A DNA stretch of 64,000 nucleotides, from positions 1,984,001 through 2,048,000 of the forward strand of contig NW_027191404.1 in NCBI RefSeq assembly GCF_041146345.1, written 5' to 3'. Source of the DNA: Neodothiora populina (Eukaryota). Both the position numbers and the translations under genes were made by a program. The notes under the pieces were generated by a model. That model saw only the letters and a list, made by a program, of their open reading frames with translations, was not told the DNA's origin and searched no databases. Of this stretch, positions 38,426-52,503 are shown one piece after another (the first letter of the stretch is position 1; each line of letters begins with the position of its first letter).

Positions 38426-40770
38426 CTATAGCTTTGCCTTGGTGCTGCTCTGGGCTTCTGCCTCGGCATACATCTCGTCCAGCACATTGCGGTACTTCTT
38501 CGCTGTCTGCGGGCGTTTGAGCTTGAGTCTGTTCACCCATTGTCAGTAATCCTTTCGAACAACACTGTCTGCTGCAAGCAACTTACGTCGGCGTCAACAG
38601 CTCGTTCTCAATGGTGAAAGGGTCAAGCATCAGTCGTACAGCCCTGACCCTCTCGTAGCTGTTGAACTTGTTCTTCTTGCCCACCCGATCCAGATCCTTC
38701 AATACTGCCTTCAGGACCTTTGGCTCCTGGGCTGCAGCTTCCAATGCGCTCAGGTCTGTCGCAAGTACGGACTTGCCCAACAGCTTGGTGAGGTATGTAG
38801 CAAAGGTGTCCGGCTGGATACCCGCCAGCACCACCATGTATGCCTTGTCACTATCTCCGTGTACATATGCTTGTGATAGGTAGCTCAAATTGCCGAGATA
38901 CACGTTCTCGATGCGTTCCGGCGACACGTACTCGCCCTGCGCCAGCTTCATGACGTTCTTTCTCCTGTCAATGATTCTGAAACGTCCTAGCTCATCCACT
39001 GTCGCAATGTCGCCGGTGCGGAACCAACCGTCCGCAAGAATGGTTTCTTCCGTCTCTTTTGGGTTCTTGAAGTACTCTCTGAAGACGGTGCTTCCGCGCA
39101 CGAGCAGCTCTCCACGCGGGAACGGCTTGTCCGTAGAAAGATATTCCATGTCCGGCACGTCCATTAAGCAAACTTCATTAGTAGGAGTCACACCACCGCA
39201 GTTTCCTGCGCTCATATCGCCCTCGGCTTGCGCGAGCGCAATGGCGTATGTCTCCGTCAAACCGTAACCTTGCAGAAAGTTGTTCCCGAACACTACTCGC
39301 AAGAACTGTTGGATCGATGGGTCGAGAGGAGCCGAACCTGACACCATGCCGCGGCAGCGCTCGAATCCGAGTCCAGCTGCGACTTTGCGTCCCCATATGC
39401 GATCGTAGACGGCGTGTTTGTTCGTTGCTTTGCCTGGGGGTCCTTGCAAAGCAGTCATTTTGGTCGACACAATGTGACGAGCCAATGCACCCCCGACACC
39501 AGAAGTCTCGACTGTGGCGGCCTTGATAGCACCACTAAACCTGTTGTATAGGCGGGGCACACTGGTGAGTGCTGTAGGCTTCAATAGCTTGAAATCGTCC
39601 ACCAGTTCCAGAACGTTGCCATGAAAGTACCCGATAGAAGCTCCAGCCCACAGTGCACCGGCCTCGGTGACTCGTTCGTAGATATGTGCCAGGGGCAAGT
39701 AAGAGCACATGACATCGTTCACTCTCTGTTTAAACACGCATAGACTGGCAGAGGCGCCAGCAACGCCGTTGGCATGTGTGAGAACTACACCCTTCGGTGG
39801 GCCTGTAGTGCCGGACGTGTAGTTGATCGTAAGGATGTCTTCCGGGTGGGGGACATAGTAGGGATGGGCGCTGGCCGCACCTAGTTTTTCTATGTCTCCA
39901 ATATAGTGAATCTTAATCCCAGACTCGTCTGCCATTTCATTGAGAAGATCGGCCTTCGATTGGCCTGGTAGCTCTCCCGAGGACAGCGGATCGAGCGAGA
40001 CGATGATCTTTAAGGTGGGACAACGAGGCGCCAGCTTGAGAAGTGTAGGGATGTGGCTGAGCGACGTACATACTGCCGCAAGGGAAGCATGATTGATGAT
40101 GTACTCCGTAGTCTCAGGCCCGAGAGTATCGTATAGCGAGACTGTGTACAGCGATTGTGACATGCAGCCGAGATCTGTCCAGCGATCAGAACTGTTCACG
40201 GACAGAAGCATTTACCATGAAATCGACTCACCAACGACCTGCCATTCCGGCCTGTTCTGGCACCAAAGGCCGACGCCGTATTGTCTGCCTGTTATGCCAA
40301 TTTCCTGGTGCAACTGAACAAGGCCAGCCCCAAAGTTCTTTCGTCGCCCCTGGATCTGGGCATAAGTTTCCCAAACGTACGGACCGAACTTCTTGGTTAC
40401 AGGATCATAGAGTCTTCGTCCGAGACAGCGTGCACCCGGAACCCTGTTGGCTTTGGATAGAGTCAGTGACTGATTGCGCATACATATTCGTCAATCATCG
40501 GATGAGCCGCGACGTACCAGTTTGCTCGAAATAAGCATGTGCGGTTGTGATCTGTACTTGACATGAGCATACTGAGCAGAGGGCGTCATTGCATACGTGG
40601 AAGCGCACCGTAGGGTCACAACTGTCTAACACACCGTCCTTGAATCTCCAATGCCTGTACACCTTGCTTCGTCCGCTGACCTCACTTCCCTCTATGGCGA
40701 TACTATATGGTGCGCCGGGAGGCGGGGGACGATTGATCTCCGCCGCTCTTATTTCTGCTACACTCGACAT
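38426..40770 (-). CDS. Long-chain fatty acyl-CoA synthetase, probably peroxisomal (Faa2-like); exons 40770-40609, 40551-40518, 40450-40232, 40174-38587, 38528-38426
   Basis: AMP-binding YTSGTTGPPKG, QGYGLTET, GWFRTGD, KLAQGEYVSPERIE and LLTPTLKLKR. Four canonical introns. The spliced C-terminus is ...STKAKL* (PTS1). Confidence 0.93.
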
Positions 40771-41760
40771 TCTCAAGATTCGATCCTCAACAACGTTACA
40801 GCCGTGGGAATGTTGAGTTTGTCGTGTTGAAGATGAAGTCCGGTACAAAGCAAAGCACTCTGCTAGATAGACTTATTGAAACTACTGATCGATCACTTCT
40901 TTTTAGTGAATTGTCCGATGCGGTCACTCCGATATCTCTCGGGCACAGTAGTACGGTAGCGTGTGGGGCGTGGGGTAATAATAATAATACAGTGCAAGTG
41001 AATGGCAAGATTGAAGTGTTATAGTAAGTGCAGGACACGATGCCGTTAAGTCAACACCGATTCACCAAGCATACGAGAATCGATACGAATACATCATGCC
41101 GAGGCATGTCGAGAAACAACTGGGCCCCATGATCGACTTTCGCTGCGCCAGCAGGCTACCGAGGAGCGTATCTGAGATCTACCGCAAGTAATACGGCCGC
41201 AGATGCCTCGGCTCATGTGAACATGGAACGCTCTGTCATTGGCACAAGTCAGAGCCAATGTGAGGTAACGTGAGTGTAATGAGAAAGCGCGGGGGGGGGG
41301 CCAAAATGTGGCGCATCTGCTCCCGTCTGGGGTGCATTAATTGCCAACTCACTGCAGTAAATCTACTGCTGTCTACTGTACCTTATGAACAGTGAGATGG
41401 CAAAGTAGAGTGAGGAATGTACAAACACAATTTGAGCACCCGCTCGGTCAGTCCGTTGCTCAGATCGGACTGGCCACTTGCACCAGCAAAGGGGGCCAAA
41501 TACGATCTTTATGCGCCTCCACGGCTAATCATGGTTCGTAAAGTGGCTTTTCTTTATCCGACAGCCGCCGGAAAGCAATAATCACAAGGAAATTTATGTA
41601 TATACTTTGCACAAATCCCGCATTAGGACACCGCGTCCCCGGCCTTGGTATGCATTTCGCCCCCTGAACACTTCGTCTTGGTCGCGCATGCTATCGCGTA
41701 TCCTGCCGTGGTATTACAGTACGTCTGACCCTCGGCCAACCGACGGCCGTATTTCTTGCC

Positions 41761-43038
41761 TCAGAATCCGTCCCCTTCGTTGTACGGCCTCCCCACTTCC
41801 TCGGCTCTGACTTGCGCATAACGCCCTCGTTCCCACGCCTGCTTCTTGAGCCTGTCAAGCTCGCTCCGAAGTGCATCGGTCTGAGCGATAAGCACCTCGT
41901 CCCTCCCGAGCTCCGGGATCTCAAGCATTGAACTTTCATCCAGAGTGCCAGCCTCCTTTGCGGCCTCGATGGCGTCGTTTTTCATGCGCCAATCAGAGAG
42001 CTCATTCTCGATTTCTCGCAGACTGTATCGCATGTCGAACCATCCCTGGAACTGATCAGGCCCGCCGAAACATAGCCCATAGCCATCGCAATAGCACGCG
42101 TGCATCGCAGGGCATTCTACATTATGACCCGTGAAGATGTATTGCCAAAGGTACTCCCAGACTCGACCCGAAAGATAGTCTGAAAGAGGCGTACGCAGCA
42201 GCCAGTCTCGGTAGAAGATATACCGAGAGAGCGGCAGCGCCAGCATGCGTTCCTTACTCAAGGCAAATTGCGCACAGCATGGCTGAGAGAGCACCGATGG
42301 GATGGGATCGAAAGGAAACAGCTCCGACCAAGACTCGGCGATCAACGTCTCTTCTTGCTTTTCGTAGTTCTTCTCGAGCGCTCCAGGGTGCAACCACTCG
42401 GGACACCCAGGATCCCAGTGACATCTCAGATTCATATAGCCCTCGCGCGTCACCCTCTCCGCGCTCAAGTAGCGAATCATCGTGGCCGCATCGTAGTCCA
42501 GTACGTCGTTATTGTGCCAGGCGTAGCGATGCGAGTGCATGAACATGGCGACGTCGGGGAGGTCGTCATAGTGATCTATGATATAGGACAGGTAAACCAT
42601 GACTTCGTGGCCCTTGTTCTTCGGCGGATGCAGCTCGGCATGGCTGTCGTCGACGACGTATTGTGCTGTTCGCAGCGGTCCATTCGGGTGTAGTATGTCT
42701 CCCAGCTGCTCTTCAATCCAGCTCGTGTTCTCCCGAGCCAGTCTGGGGATGACTACCGTCTTACTGTACTCGTACCCGACCGGTTTCGCCGTGCCGGGCA
42801 CAAAGAGCGGATTCGGATTCGCATATTCGGGCGGCCGTTCTTTGGTCGTCGTATCTGTAGCGGTTTCCTCGGGGGTCGTGGATTTTTCTTCGGCGCTTTC
42901 GTCGACTGCCCCTAATCCTACCGCCTGTGGCACATGCTGTAATGAGTCGTGGAGGCCGGTAGTCTGAAAGAGCAGGAAGAAGACAAATGTGGTGAAAGCA
43001 GCGAGGAACAGAGGCGCGTAACGTCGCGATGTGAACAT
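41761..43038 (-). CDS. DUF3431-family fungal protein with N-terminal signal anchor
   Basis: N-terminal TM segment; PKNKGHEVMVYLSYIIDHYDDLP, HSHRYAWHNND, PCCAQFALS and SGRVWEYLWQYIF. Confidence 0.85.
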   Translation of the reverse strand: MFTSRRYAPLFLAAFTTFVFFLLFQTTGLHDSLQHVPQAVGLGAVDESAEEKSTTPEETATDTTTKERPPEYANPNPLFVPGTAKPVGYEYSKTVVIPRLARENTSWIEEQLGDILHPNGPLRTAQYVVDDSHAELHPPKNKGHEVMVYLSYIIDHYDDLPDVAMFMHSHRYAWHNNDVLDYDAATMIRYLSAERVTREGYMNLRCHWDPGCPEWLHPGALEKNYEKQEETLIAESWSELFPFDPIPSVLSQPCCAQFALSKERMLALPLSRYIFYRDWLLRTPLSDYLSGRVWEYLWQYIFTGHNVECPAMHACYCDGYGLCFGGPDQFQGWFDMRYSLREIENELSDWRMKNDAIEAAKEAGTLDESSMLEIPELGRDEVLIAQTDALRSELDRLKKQAWERGRYAQVRAEEVGRPYNEGDGF

Positions 43039-43686
43039 GCCGCAACGGTGCCAATCAATGGTTTACCCAAGTATTATTATACTCGAACAATATATGGGGG
43101 GGCTTTGGGGGGCTCGGCCAGACTCAAGCTTTCTTCTAGTGGGACAGGGTCTCGACACTATGAAAGGACCATTGCAAAACAGATTGGGTACAAGGGCGTT
43201 ATGTCAGTTCATACCAAGAAGCGACAATATCAAAGTAAAAGGTGTAATCTCATTCGTGTCGAATGTACGTTCGACAGAGGTTTTACGTCGGTGGTTCCTG
43301 GAAACACAGCACGTCAAAATCGTGTGTGATCAGCCGCTGACATGGAGAGGAGCTCCACTTCTATATCTGACGCGTCAGGGATTGTACTGCTTGTTTCACG
43401 AAGATCGACCACTACTGTGAAGGACCAGATCACGGCGCCAGCTTTAGACTCGCCGCAGGTAAGACTCGTACTGTCTTCGGCTCAAGTACGAGCTGCAGCG
43501 TCATGTCAAGTACTGCATCATTCTTTTGTCCTACAGTATGTTGTACACCATGCACTTGCGGATATGAGAGCAGAACGTTCCGAGACACTTCTCAGCGATC
43601 TTTCCTATGAATATCCAAGGTCTCCCAAGTCATCCCGAGTAAGATCACATTCCACCACCATTCGAATTATGATCGATCTCCCGCTT

Positions 43687-45891
43687 TCAAGCCATGCTCT
43701 TTCCGAGGTCCCACTGTGGTCGCTCGTTCGCTGCCACGCCCACCAGACGAGCCAGTTGGTCTATCTCGGCCTGTGTTTGGCCAATAGCGCTGTCTTGGTT
43801 AGTACACCACTTCTCTGTCTTGCGGATGGCCTGGTCGATTCTGGGAAGTGTGTCTTGGAACAGGACAGAGATATCGTGGCCGATTCTATCCTCTCTGTAT
43901 TTCGTCTTCGAAAGTTGGCTTTCCAGGTGCTCGTATCGAGTATCCTCAGACCATTCATTTCTCATTGCTTGAAGCTTGTCTCTCAACACATCGAGATCAT
44001 CTCCAAGCTTTTCGTACCGCTCTTCTTTATATTCCATGACCTGTGCAAGTTTGCGCTCGAGAAAGCCAACACGCAAATTGAGATCTGAAATGTGTGAGGC
44101 ATGAGTAGCGGACTGCTTCTTGGATTGCTCGATGACGCTTACGTGCAACTTTTGCACATCCCTCATAGCTCTTTGTAGAGTTGCAGCTTCCGGGCATAAC
44201 TCCTTGACACGTGGAAGCAGGTAATGTATCATCCTGTCAGCCATCTCATTGGTTTGTAGATTATTGAAACGACGTTCAAGATCATTAGTTGCATGCGCGA
44301 GAACATCCAAGCGCTCGCGATCAATCTCGCGGTCTTTATCAGTATTAGATGTGCTTGGTATGGTCGCAGGGGCTAGATCAACGGTAGCTGGAACTACTGG
44401 CACATGTCGTGCTTCTATCGCGGGCTGCCGCGTCTGGACCTTGTCAAGGAAGCCTTGAATGTCTTCGATGTATTGATGAACTTCGGCCAGTTTTGCTTCA
44501 TGTGCTTCTATCTTGTCTACGAGCTCGCCGCAACATCCGGCTAGTATTTCTTCTTTGGCTCTGGCGTCCTCGTGTACGATTTGCAGTTCTTTATCTACAA
44601 GAGCGCGGAGATCTTTGTCGAGAGTTGGGATCGTGACTTTCTCCAGGCGTTCTTGGAGCTGGTGGAGGTCGTTGCTCAGCTTATTGGAAGTCGTCTGGTC
44701 TGCTAGACGATCTCGATGCAGCATTTGTACGTTGTCCTTGAGCTGGTTGACCATAGCGTATCCTCGTTCTAAGTCGACAAGAGCCCGCTTGTGTATGTCG
44801 TCCGATTTCCTCTGCAACTCTTGTATGCTCTTCGAGGCGCCATTGCTGATTTCCTCGAAGGAAGCAGCGTCCACGGCGAGTTTGCTGATTCTTGATCGTT
44901 CTATGGCAAGGCTCAGGTTGTGCTTTTGCATATTAGCAAACATCTCCTTGTTCGCGTTATCAAGAGCTTCGAGACGAGTATCGGTATGTTCTAGCCTAGC
45001 TTTGTAAGATCGACACTCTTCCTGGCACCTCGCGGTACGGTCGGTCCAGAGGCTTGTCAGGACAATGTGATCGGACAATTTCTCATGCAAAGCCTGCAGC
45101 TGTGCGGTGTCCTCTTGCTTCGACTGCGAACCTTGCTTAGAGGCAGTCTGCAGCATCTCTTCCAGTCGGCTCTCCAATTTGCCACATCGATGCGCCGCTT
45201 CTGTCGATTGACGCATAGCTTCAGCAGCGGTTTTCTTAGCATCTTCTGCGTGTCTCTCCGATTCCTGCAACTTCTTGAGGAGTTCCTCATATTTCGCAGA
45301 AGGGACATATTTCGCATCGTCTCTAGGAAAATCCGTCGCACCTGTTTTCGATACAGTATTGAAAAGTTGCGTGAATCTTGTTAGGAGCGAGATCATCAGA
45401 GGTTGCAAGTCGGACTTAGTTCGGGCAGCTTCTGCCTCTGCTCTCTCCATTCGCTTTCGATGCTGATCTGTGACCATAGGGAAAGAGTCGAACTTTCGAT
45501 GCAAGCTCACAAAGTCTTTGCGAGCATCTTTAGCTTTTTGGTGGGCAAGTTCGGAACGTAGACTGGCTGTCAATGTGAGTAGAATCTCTTCGACGAGATT
45601 GCGAAGTGTTTCCCCCGCGGTCTCCTGAATGGCATAATACATGGGGTTCTCTGATGCCCGAGGCTCAGTTCTAATGAGTGAGGAGATTGGCATCACGTCC
45701 TGTCCTCCAAGTCGTGATTGTTCTTTACTTGATGCACGTTGTGAATGCATAGAGTCGAGATTTGCTTGGTTGTATAGAGGGCTTTTGGCAGCCTTCGAAG
45801 GCGCACTTGTCCGTGAAGACTTTGTGGATGAAATGTCCGAGGGAGAGTTGGATCTTCTGCGCTTGTCACGCGCTCGAGAGCTGTAATCCAT
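43687..45891 (-). CDS. Uncharacterised 734-aa coiled-coil protein
   Basis: A 2.2-kb uninterrupted ORF, rich in E/K/Q/L with heptad-like periodicity and a basic S-rich N-terminus. A probable 5'UTR intron lies at 45899-46146 (GTAAGT..GCTGAC..TAG). No family recognised. Confidence 0.8.
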   Translation of the reverse strand: MDYSSRARDKRRRSNSPSDISSTKSSRTSAPSKAAKSPLYNQANLDSMHSQRASSKEQSRLGGQDVMPISSLIRTEPRASENPMYYAIQETAGETLRNLVEEILLTLTASLRSELAHQKAKDARKDFVSLHRKFDSFPMVTDQHRKRMERAEAEAARTKSDLQPLMISLLTRFTQLFNTVSKTGATDFPRDDAKYVPSAKYEELLKKLQESERHAEDAKKTAAEAMRQSTEAAHRCGKLESRLEEMLQTASKQGSQSKQEDTAQLQALHEKLSDHIVLTSLWTDRTARCQEECRSYKARLEHTDTRLEALDNANKEMFANMQKHNLSLAIERSRISKLAVDAASFEEISNGASKSIQELQRKSDDIHKRALVDLERGYAMVNQLKDNVQMLHRDRLADQTTSNKLSNDLHQLQERLEKVTIPTLDKDLRALVDKELQIVHEDARAKEEILAGCCGELVDKIEAHEAKLAEVHQYIEDIQGFLDKVQTRQPAIEARHVPVVPATVDLAPATIPSTSNTDKDREIDRERLDVLAHATNDLERRFNNLQTNEMADRMIHYLLPRVKELCPEAATLQRAMRDVQKLHVSVIEQSKKQSATHASHISDLNLRVGFLERKLAQVMEYKEERYEKLGDDLDVLRDKLQAMRNEWSEDTRYEHLESQLSKTKYREDRIGHDISVLFQDTLPRIDQAIRKTEKWCTNQDSAIGQTQAEIDQLARLVGVAANERPQWDLGKSMA

Positions 45892-47038
45892 CCTAATGCT
45901 ACATCGAGGTGATTGTCAGCTGAGATTCATCACAGTGTCAAGAGGTTATGAAAGGTGAACAATCTAGGTCCTGCTGCTTCGTTGACAAGGAAAGGACATG
46001 TGAAATTCGGAGGTTGTGAGATGTATCGATAGAAGTAGTTCTCCTGCGGGTATGAAACGAAAATGTCACTTTGCTCAGTATGACTGATGGTCAAAAAATG
46101 CTGATCACAAAGAATGCACCCAAACAAATTACGAATGACCACTTACAAGTTGATTAGCACCTCAAGAAATCAACTATGTGTTGCGCTTGTGAGGGGAAAG
46201 GATAGTCGACACAACATACGAGGCAAGGAGGGGGTGCTATTCTTGTCTCAATGAGCAACAAACACTGCGTATCACAGCTGGAAGAGAGGATCACAGCCAG
46301 TTAACCAAATGCATGATTATGGGTAAGCGATAAAGCTGGATGAAACAATAAAGACCGTCTACAACCAATGTAGATATAGTAAAGAGACAGTGATGTCTGC
46401 TTACAAATAGTAAGGCTATCGTCACAACGAACGTTGGATGGTCCGGTATCATGTGTTGAATCCGCAGAAGCAAGCGCCTGAGCGAATCGAGGTGAGGTTT
46501 TGAACAGGCTATGAAGTGATTTGGGGAGGGTAAAAGCTGCTGCAGTTCTCTCCAGTCTCAGCTATAGAAGGTGATGCAAATGGTGAGATCAGTAAGACTC
46601 AGTGGAAACACGCCACAAAACGAGACTCGAGCAGACTCATCAAGGTGCCGAACAGTCAGTGGAACATGGTAATGTCCAAAAGCGCTGCTGGTAATAGCCC
46701 AGTCGAAGCAAGTGTCTTTGTGACGAGGTCATGTTTAATAATTAAGGTAGTTTAATAATTAGTGAGGAAGGTACCGTGACATCTGGGGAAGGCGCGACAA
46801 GGCGCATACAGTATATCAAGGCTTGGCATTGCATCTTTGCATTGCGCTGTCGCGTCGTGGTTTCGCTGTGAAATTGGAACCTTGGACAAATCAAAGAACA
46901 TCCATATCATCCCAAACACAGACTCATCTTCCACATCTCCACTGTCGCTAACCCGTCTATTGGCCGATTGCAAATATCAACATCACCCCGTCTCCCTGTA
47001 GAACCCGGACCGAACTCATACACACCTCACTGGCATAG

Positions 47039-48552
<1,514 letters not shown>

Positions 48553-49040
48553 AATCTGCCGTATCAGTAGCGGCAAGAGCAGGCGTTTTGAAGGCCATGG
48601 CGGGTGGGGGACAGAGGCAAACATGGTGAAAATCGGGCGTTGTTGCCGTTCGGCGCATTCACCCTTAGGTTGTTATTTTTATTCTAGACAAGACAAAGAT
48701 ACCTGGTGCAACGGAAACAGATTATTGACAGAGAGTCTAAGTTTCTTTTTTCTTGCTTTCCCTTGGTCTGAGGAGACTTCATTTGATATTGTCATTATTG
48801 TCGTGTGTCTACATATATGTACGTGAGGTTTCTTTTTGAGGACTGTATGTCTCCGCCTGCCCAGCACGCCAGAAAGTCTGAAGCTTTTTGTGACAATCAG
48901 ATCTTCGTTTTGCCTATGTGGGGATCAAGAGCCCCGATGTAGAGTCTTATCAATGGACTTCCCTCGGGAGCCCGGCTGCGAGAGCTGCTGCTGCTGTGCG
49001 AAAAAAAAAGCAATGGCACCATCAACCCGAGAGAAAAGGG

Positions 49041-49634
49041 TTACAGACTCAATCTGTCCGCGCTCAACCGATCCGCACTCGTGTCGCGACGGACCATACT
49101 GAGCTTATAGAACCTCTCCTCGCCAGCAGAGGTGCGACCGCCAATATACCACTTCTCGCCGCCCATGACGTCCCGGTAGCCGCCCTCGGAACTGCTGTCT
49201 GAGCCTCGTCTGTTTCGGCGCGCTTCCTGCGGTGTCGGGTACGCTTGATGCTGCGGCTTGTTCGGTGGGCCGTAGACGGGCATGGATCCGTTGACGCCTA
49301 CGCCGGGAGATGGCGGTGATCGCGGACCATGGGTGAGTGGTGAGACGTTGTGCTGGAGTGGGGCTAGGGGAGTGGGTTGGTGGGTTGCGTGGTGCTGTGA
49401 GGCTGCGGACTTTGCATTGATGGCTCGAGGCGCCGACTCGGTTTCGAGTGGGGTTTGGGACGTGGCCGAGGGGATGGAAGATGAGGAGGATGACGACCAG
49501 ACCGCTTGGCTTGTGGCTACTGCTGCTGCTCCGGGCGCCGAGGTCGATATCGACTGCGATGATTTGGGTAAGGCCGCTGAATGGGCGCGGAACGCAGCGA
49601 GGAAATTAGAGAAGAAGGGGCGGTTGCTGCCCAT
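49041..49634 (-). CDS. Hypothetical protein with a low-complexity middle and a compact C-terminal motif
   Basis: ATG in CAACCATGG context. MGSNRPFFSNFLAAFRAH N-terminus and RRGSDSSSEGGYRDVMGGEKWYIGG...RLSL C-terminus, which resembles fungal hypothetical proteins. Confidence 0.72.
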   Translation of the reverse strand: MGSNRPFFSNFLAAFRAHSAALPKSSQSISTSAPGAAAVATSQAVWSSSSSSSIPSATSQTPLETESAPRAINAKSAASQHHATHQPTPLAPLQHNVSPLTHGPRSPPSPGVGVNGSMPVYGPPNKPQHQAYPTPQEARRNRRGSDSSSEGGYRDVMGGEKWYIGGRTSAGEERFYKLSMVRRDTSADRLSADRLSL

Positions 49635-50401
49635 GGTTGATATTGTATGTATATTCACGCAAGATCAAACAGGCAATGGTGGGTATATGGCGGACTGGCT
49701 CCGGGCAGGAAGCACCGAGGCTTTTGTGATGTAGTCACTCAACGTGGGCGTATATGCTGCTCAGCACCTTCGACACGAGATTGAAGATGTTTGGCCCCCC
49801 TGGTTTCTATCGCACGAGGTCCAGCTCGTGGTGTTCGAGGTAATATGGAGGATGAGGTTGCGTTGCTTTTTTCTGGTTGCGGTGCGGGACAATTCTTGAG
49901 TATGAATGGCTTGGTAGTTGTCGTCCTGAGGCCAAATTCAAGGTATACTACGACGACGAGTTGGCGATATATATCACTGAACTTTCTCCCGTCGAGCGGT
50001 AAGTGTCACAGGGAGTTTATGTTGATCAGCACGACCTTATCAATCGGTCAAATGTAATTTAGATATAATTTGATTGCCGATGTTATCCGGGGGTGAGTTT
50101 TGAATATACTGTACCAATAATGTCCATTGCGTTGTTAATGGGCGGCCAAGGCAGACAGATATGTGGGGAGGAGGAGTCCGTCGGTGCATCCTCTGACTCC
50201 AGTCTGACGGAATATCGCGGGACAGATAGCCGTAGACTGAACTGACGGATAACTGGCCCAGCCTCTTCCCCCCAGCACTGTTCGTATTCCTCATAGCCGC
50301 GGTTCAACGGCTTCCAGTTGTCGACTGTACCTTTTCTACCGTACTCTTCCTGCTGCCTGACTTGAGCTGTTGCAGTTCAGCTCAGTTAGGCATATGTTGT
50401 C

Positions 50402-50443
50402 GTAGTAGTAGTAGTAGTAGTAGTGGTAGTAGTAGTCGTCGTC
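50402..50443. repeat. (GTA)n/(GTC)n trinucleotide microsatellite
   Basis: Seen directly in intergenic DNA. Confidence 0.88.
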
Positions 50444-51275
50444 GGGTCTCAACTTTCGTCTCACTCAACTCAATAGCTACGTACTGCTTATTTGCGTCGA
50501 CCACGCTCACTCACTCAGCCGTCATCATGCCGACCTCGCTTCTTTTCAACCCCTCTGCTCATGCCGCCATAGTCTATTACACACATGATCCGCTCCCCGT
50601 ACTGTGCGACAGCCTGTTCGATGATGCATCTTTCGGACTAAGCCCCGGACCATTCAATTACTGCGGCCATGGGATCGCATCAAGCATCTTCGCCGCGCCC
50701 TCTGACAGTGATTGAATAAACCTTTGATTTGTCTTCTTGACAAGACCTAAAAAGTCCTGACCTAGCAAAACGCGAAGCACAGTCCCAGAAGTAAGGTAGA
50801 CGACTACTCTGCATGTCTGACGCGAAACCTTAATGGCGTGCACTAAACTCAAACGACCTCCTTACTGCTCGCACATGTGCACGAATCAGGCGCATTGCTG
50901 GCAGCACCGCCTTGAAATCTGTACAACCAAGAAATAGTTGGTCTCGTGGTATGTCGATCGCGTTGAAGACTTGGCTGAGTACAGCCTTGGGTGACGAGAC
51001 ACCAGCGAGCGACAAGTGAAACTACAAGCTGCAGCGCTCGCCCAGCGCCAGAGCCTTAACGGCCATGGGCTGTTATATCTAGCCGTTTCCTATCCCTTGC
51101 GTGATCCCCTGGTATCCATTCCAGCATTTTCTTTACAAAGTACGTGTAAGGAGAACACACACCTTTGATTTACATCCATTCCTACTTTGAACTATCTGCA
51201 AAAGACTCTCTTGTCTCTCTCAACCAACCGCGCTACACCCATATATTCTATCAATACTTCGTCAGTACTAAAGCT

Positions 51276-51869
51276 ATGGCGCTGGGCTTCAACATTCTGC
51301 TGCCCATAAGGATAGCACAAGCTGTCCTTGCAATAATCGTTCTCGGGCTCACCGCATATGGTAGGTTGACGATCGTCATGATGAGATGAAAACCTTCTGA
51401 CGTCTGTTATAGTCACAAATTGGTGGCATGGCTACTGGCGATCGCTGGGACCTGACGAGGTGAACTTCCTCGTCTTTGCCTCCGTCTGGACCATTCTCGC
51501 CCTCATCTATCTTGTGTTGGCCCCGATGCGCTTCCAAAAGTTCGCCCACATGTTTGCGATACTGGCAGTCGAGGCTGTGACGATGATCTTTTGGTTCGCA
51601 GGGTTCATCGCCCTGGCGGTGTTCCTGGGCGACCGCATATGTTTTGGGCACATATGCGGCAGCGCAAAAGCTGCTTGTGTATTCGCTGCTTTTGAATGGT
51701 ATGTCTAGGTCTTTTTTTTTTCAAGGTTTCATATGCTGACAGTGTTACCAGGGTTCTCTTCGCTGTCACCACGACACTATCTGCACTTGACGTGTTCGGA
51801 GCCCGACGAAACAGCGGCCATTCAAACAAGACCTCTGCGCCCGTAACTGAGATCCACTCGACTGTCTAA
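51276..51869 (+). CDS. MARVEL (membrane-associating) domain four-TM protein; exons 51276-51360, 51413-51698, 51752-51869
   Basis: RIAQAVLAIIVLGLTAY, VNFLVFASVWT, EAVTMIFWFAGFIALA and AACVFAAFEWVLF. Two canonical introns keep the frame. Confidence 0.88.
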
Positions 51870-52503
51870 CGCACTCGGAGAGCACTATTGGTATTTCGCC
51901 GACTGGAGATTTGATGGATGTTATGTTTCAGAATGCAACGGGACCGTGTGAATGCTGGAGAATTACGACCACGGGTCTTGCTTTGACCTGACTTGACCGT
52001 CTGCTATGACTATTTTATGTTGATCTATTTTTGTTTATTTACTTTCATCAGGGGTACATGCATGCAAGCATGCATGCAGTGCCACTAAGTCCAGTAATAA
52101 TAGGTCCAGCGCATCACAAGTGTCTCAAGGCTCAGAATATTTCTTTCTTACGAGCCACATGATACAGTGCTATACCCAGGCCCAAGCTCAAACACAACAT
52201 CTGAAGGCCTGAAACAGTCCCTTCTCTGTAGTATATAAAAGCAATGATGTGGACATCAAGGTGAAAGGGGCCAGAGGAACAGGGACCAGCACGTCATCAT
52301 CATCGAACCCTGTCCGTCCGCAAACCTCCCCAGATTGTTATTATTCAGCGATAGTAAGCCTCCGAAACACATGGATCTACGCCACGCCACGCTACATGGG
52401 AAACAAAGAACAGTCTTTTGAGTCTACGAATACCTGTTGCTGAATTATGATCTTTTCTTTTTCTGCTCGGTGACATTTTTGTGCAACAGACCGACCGACG
52501 GTA

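Noticed and set aside
52057..52076. CATGCATGC-AA-GCATGCATG inverted repeat
   Set aside because: A low-complexity (CATG)n self-palindrome with no target-site duplication or element body, so not a MITE.
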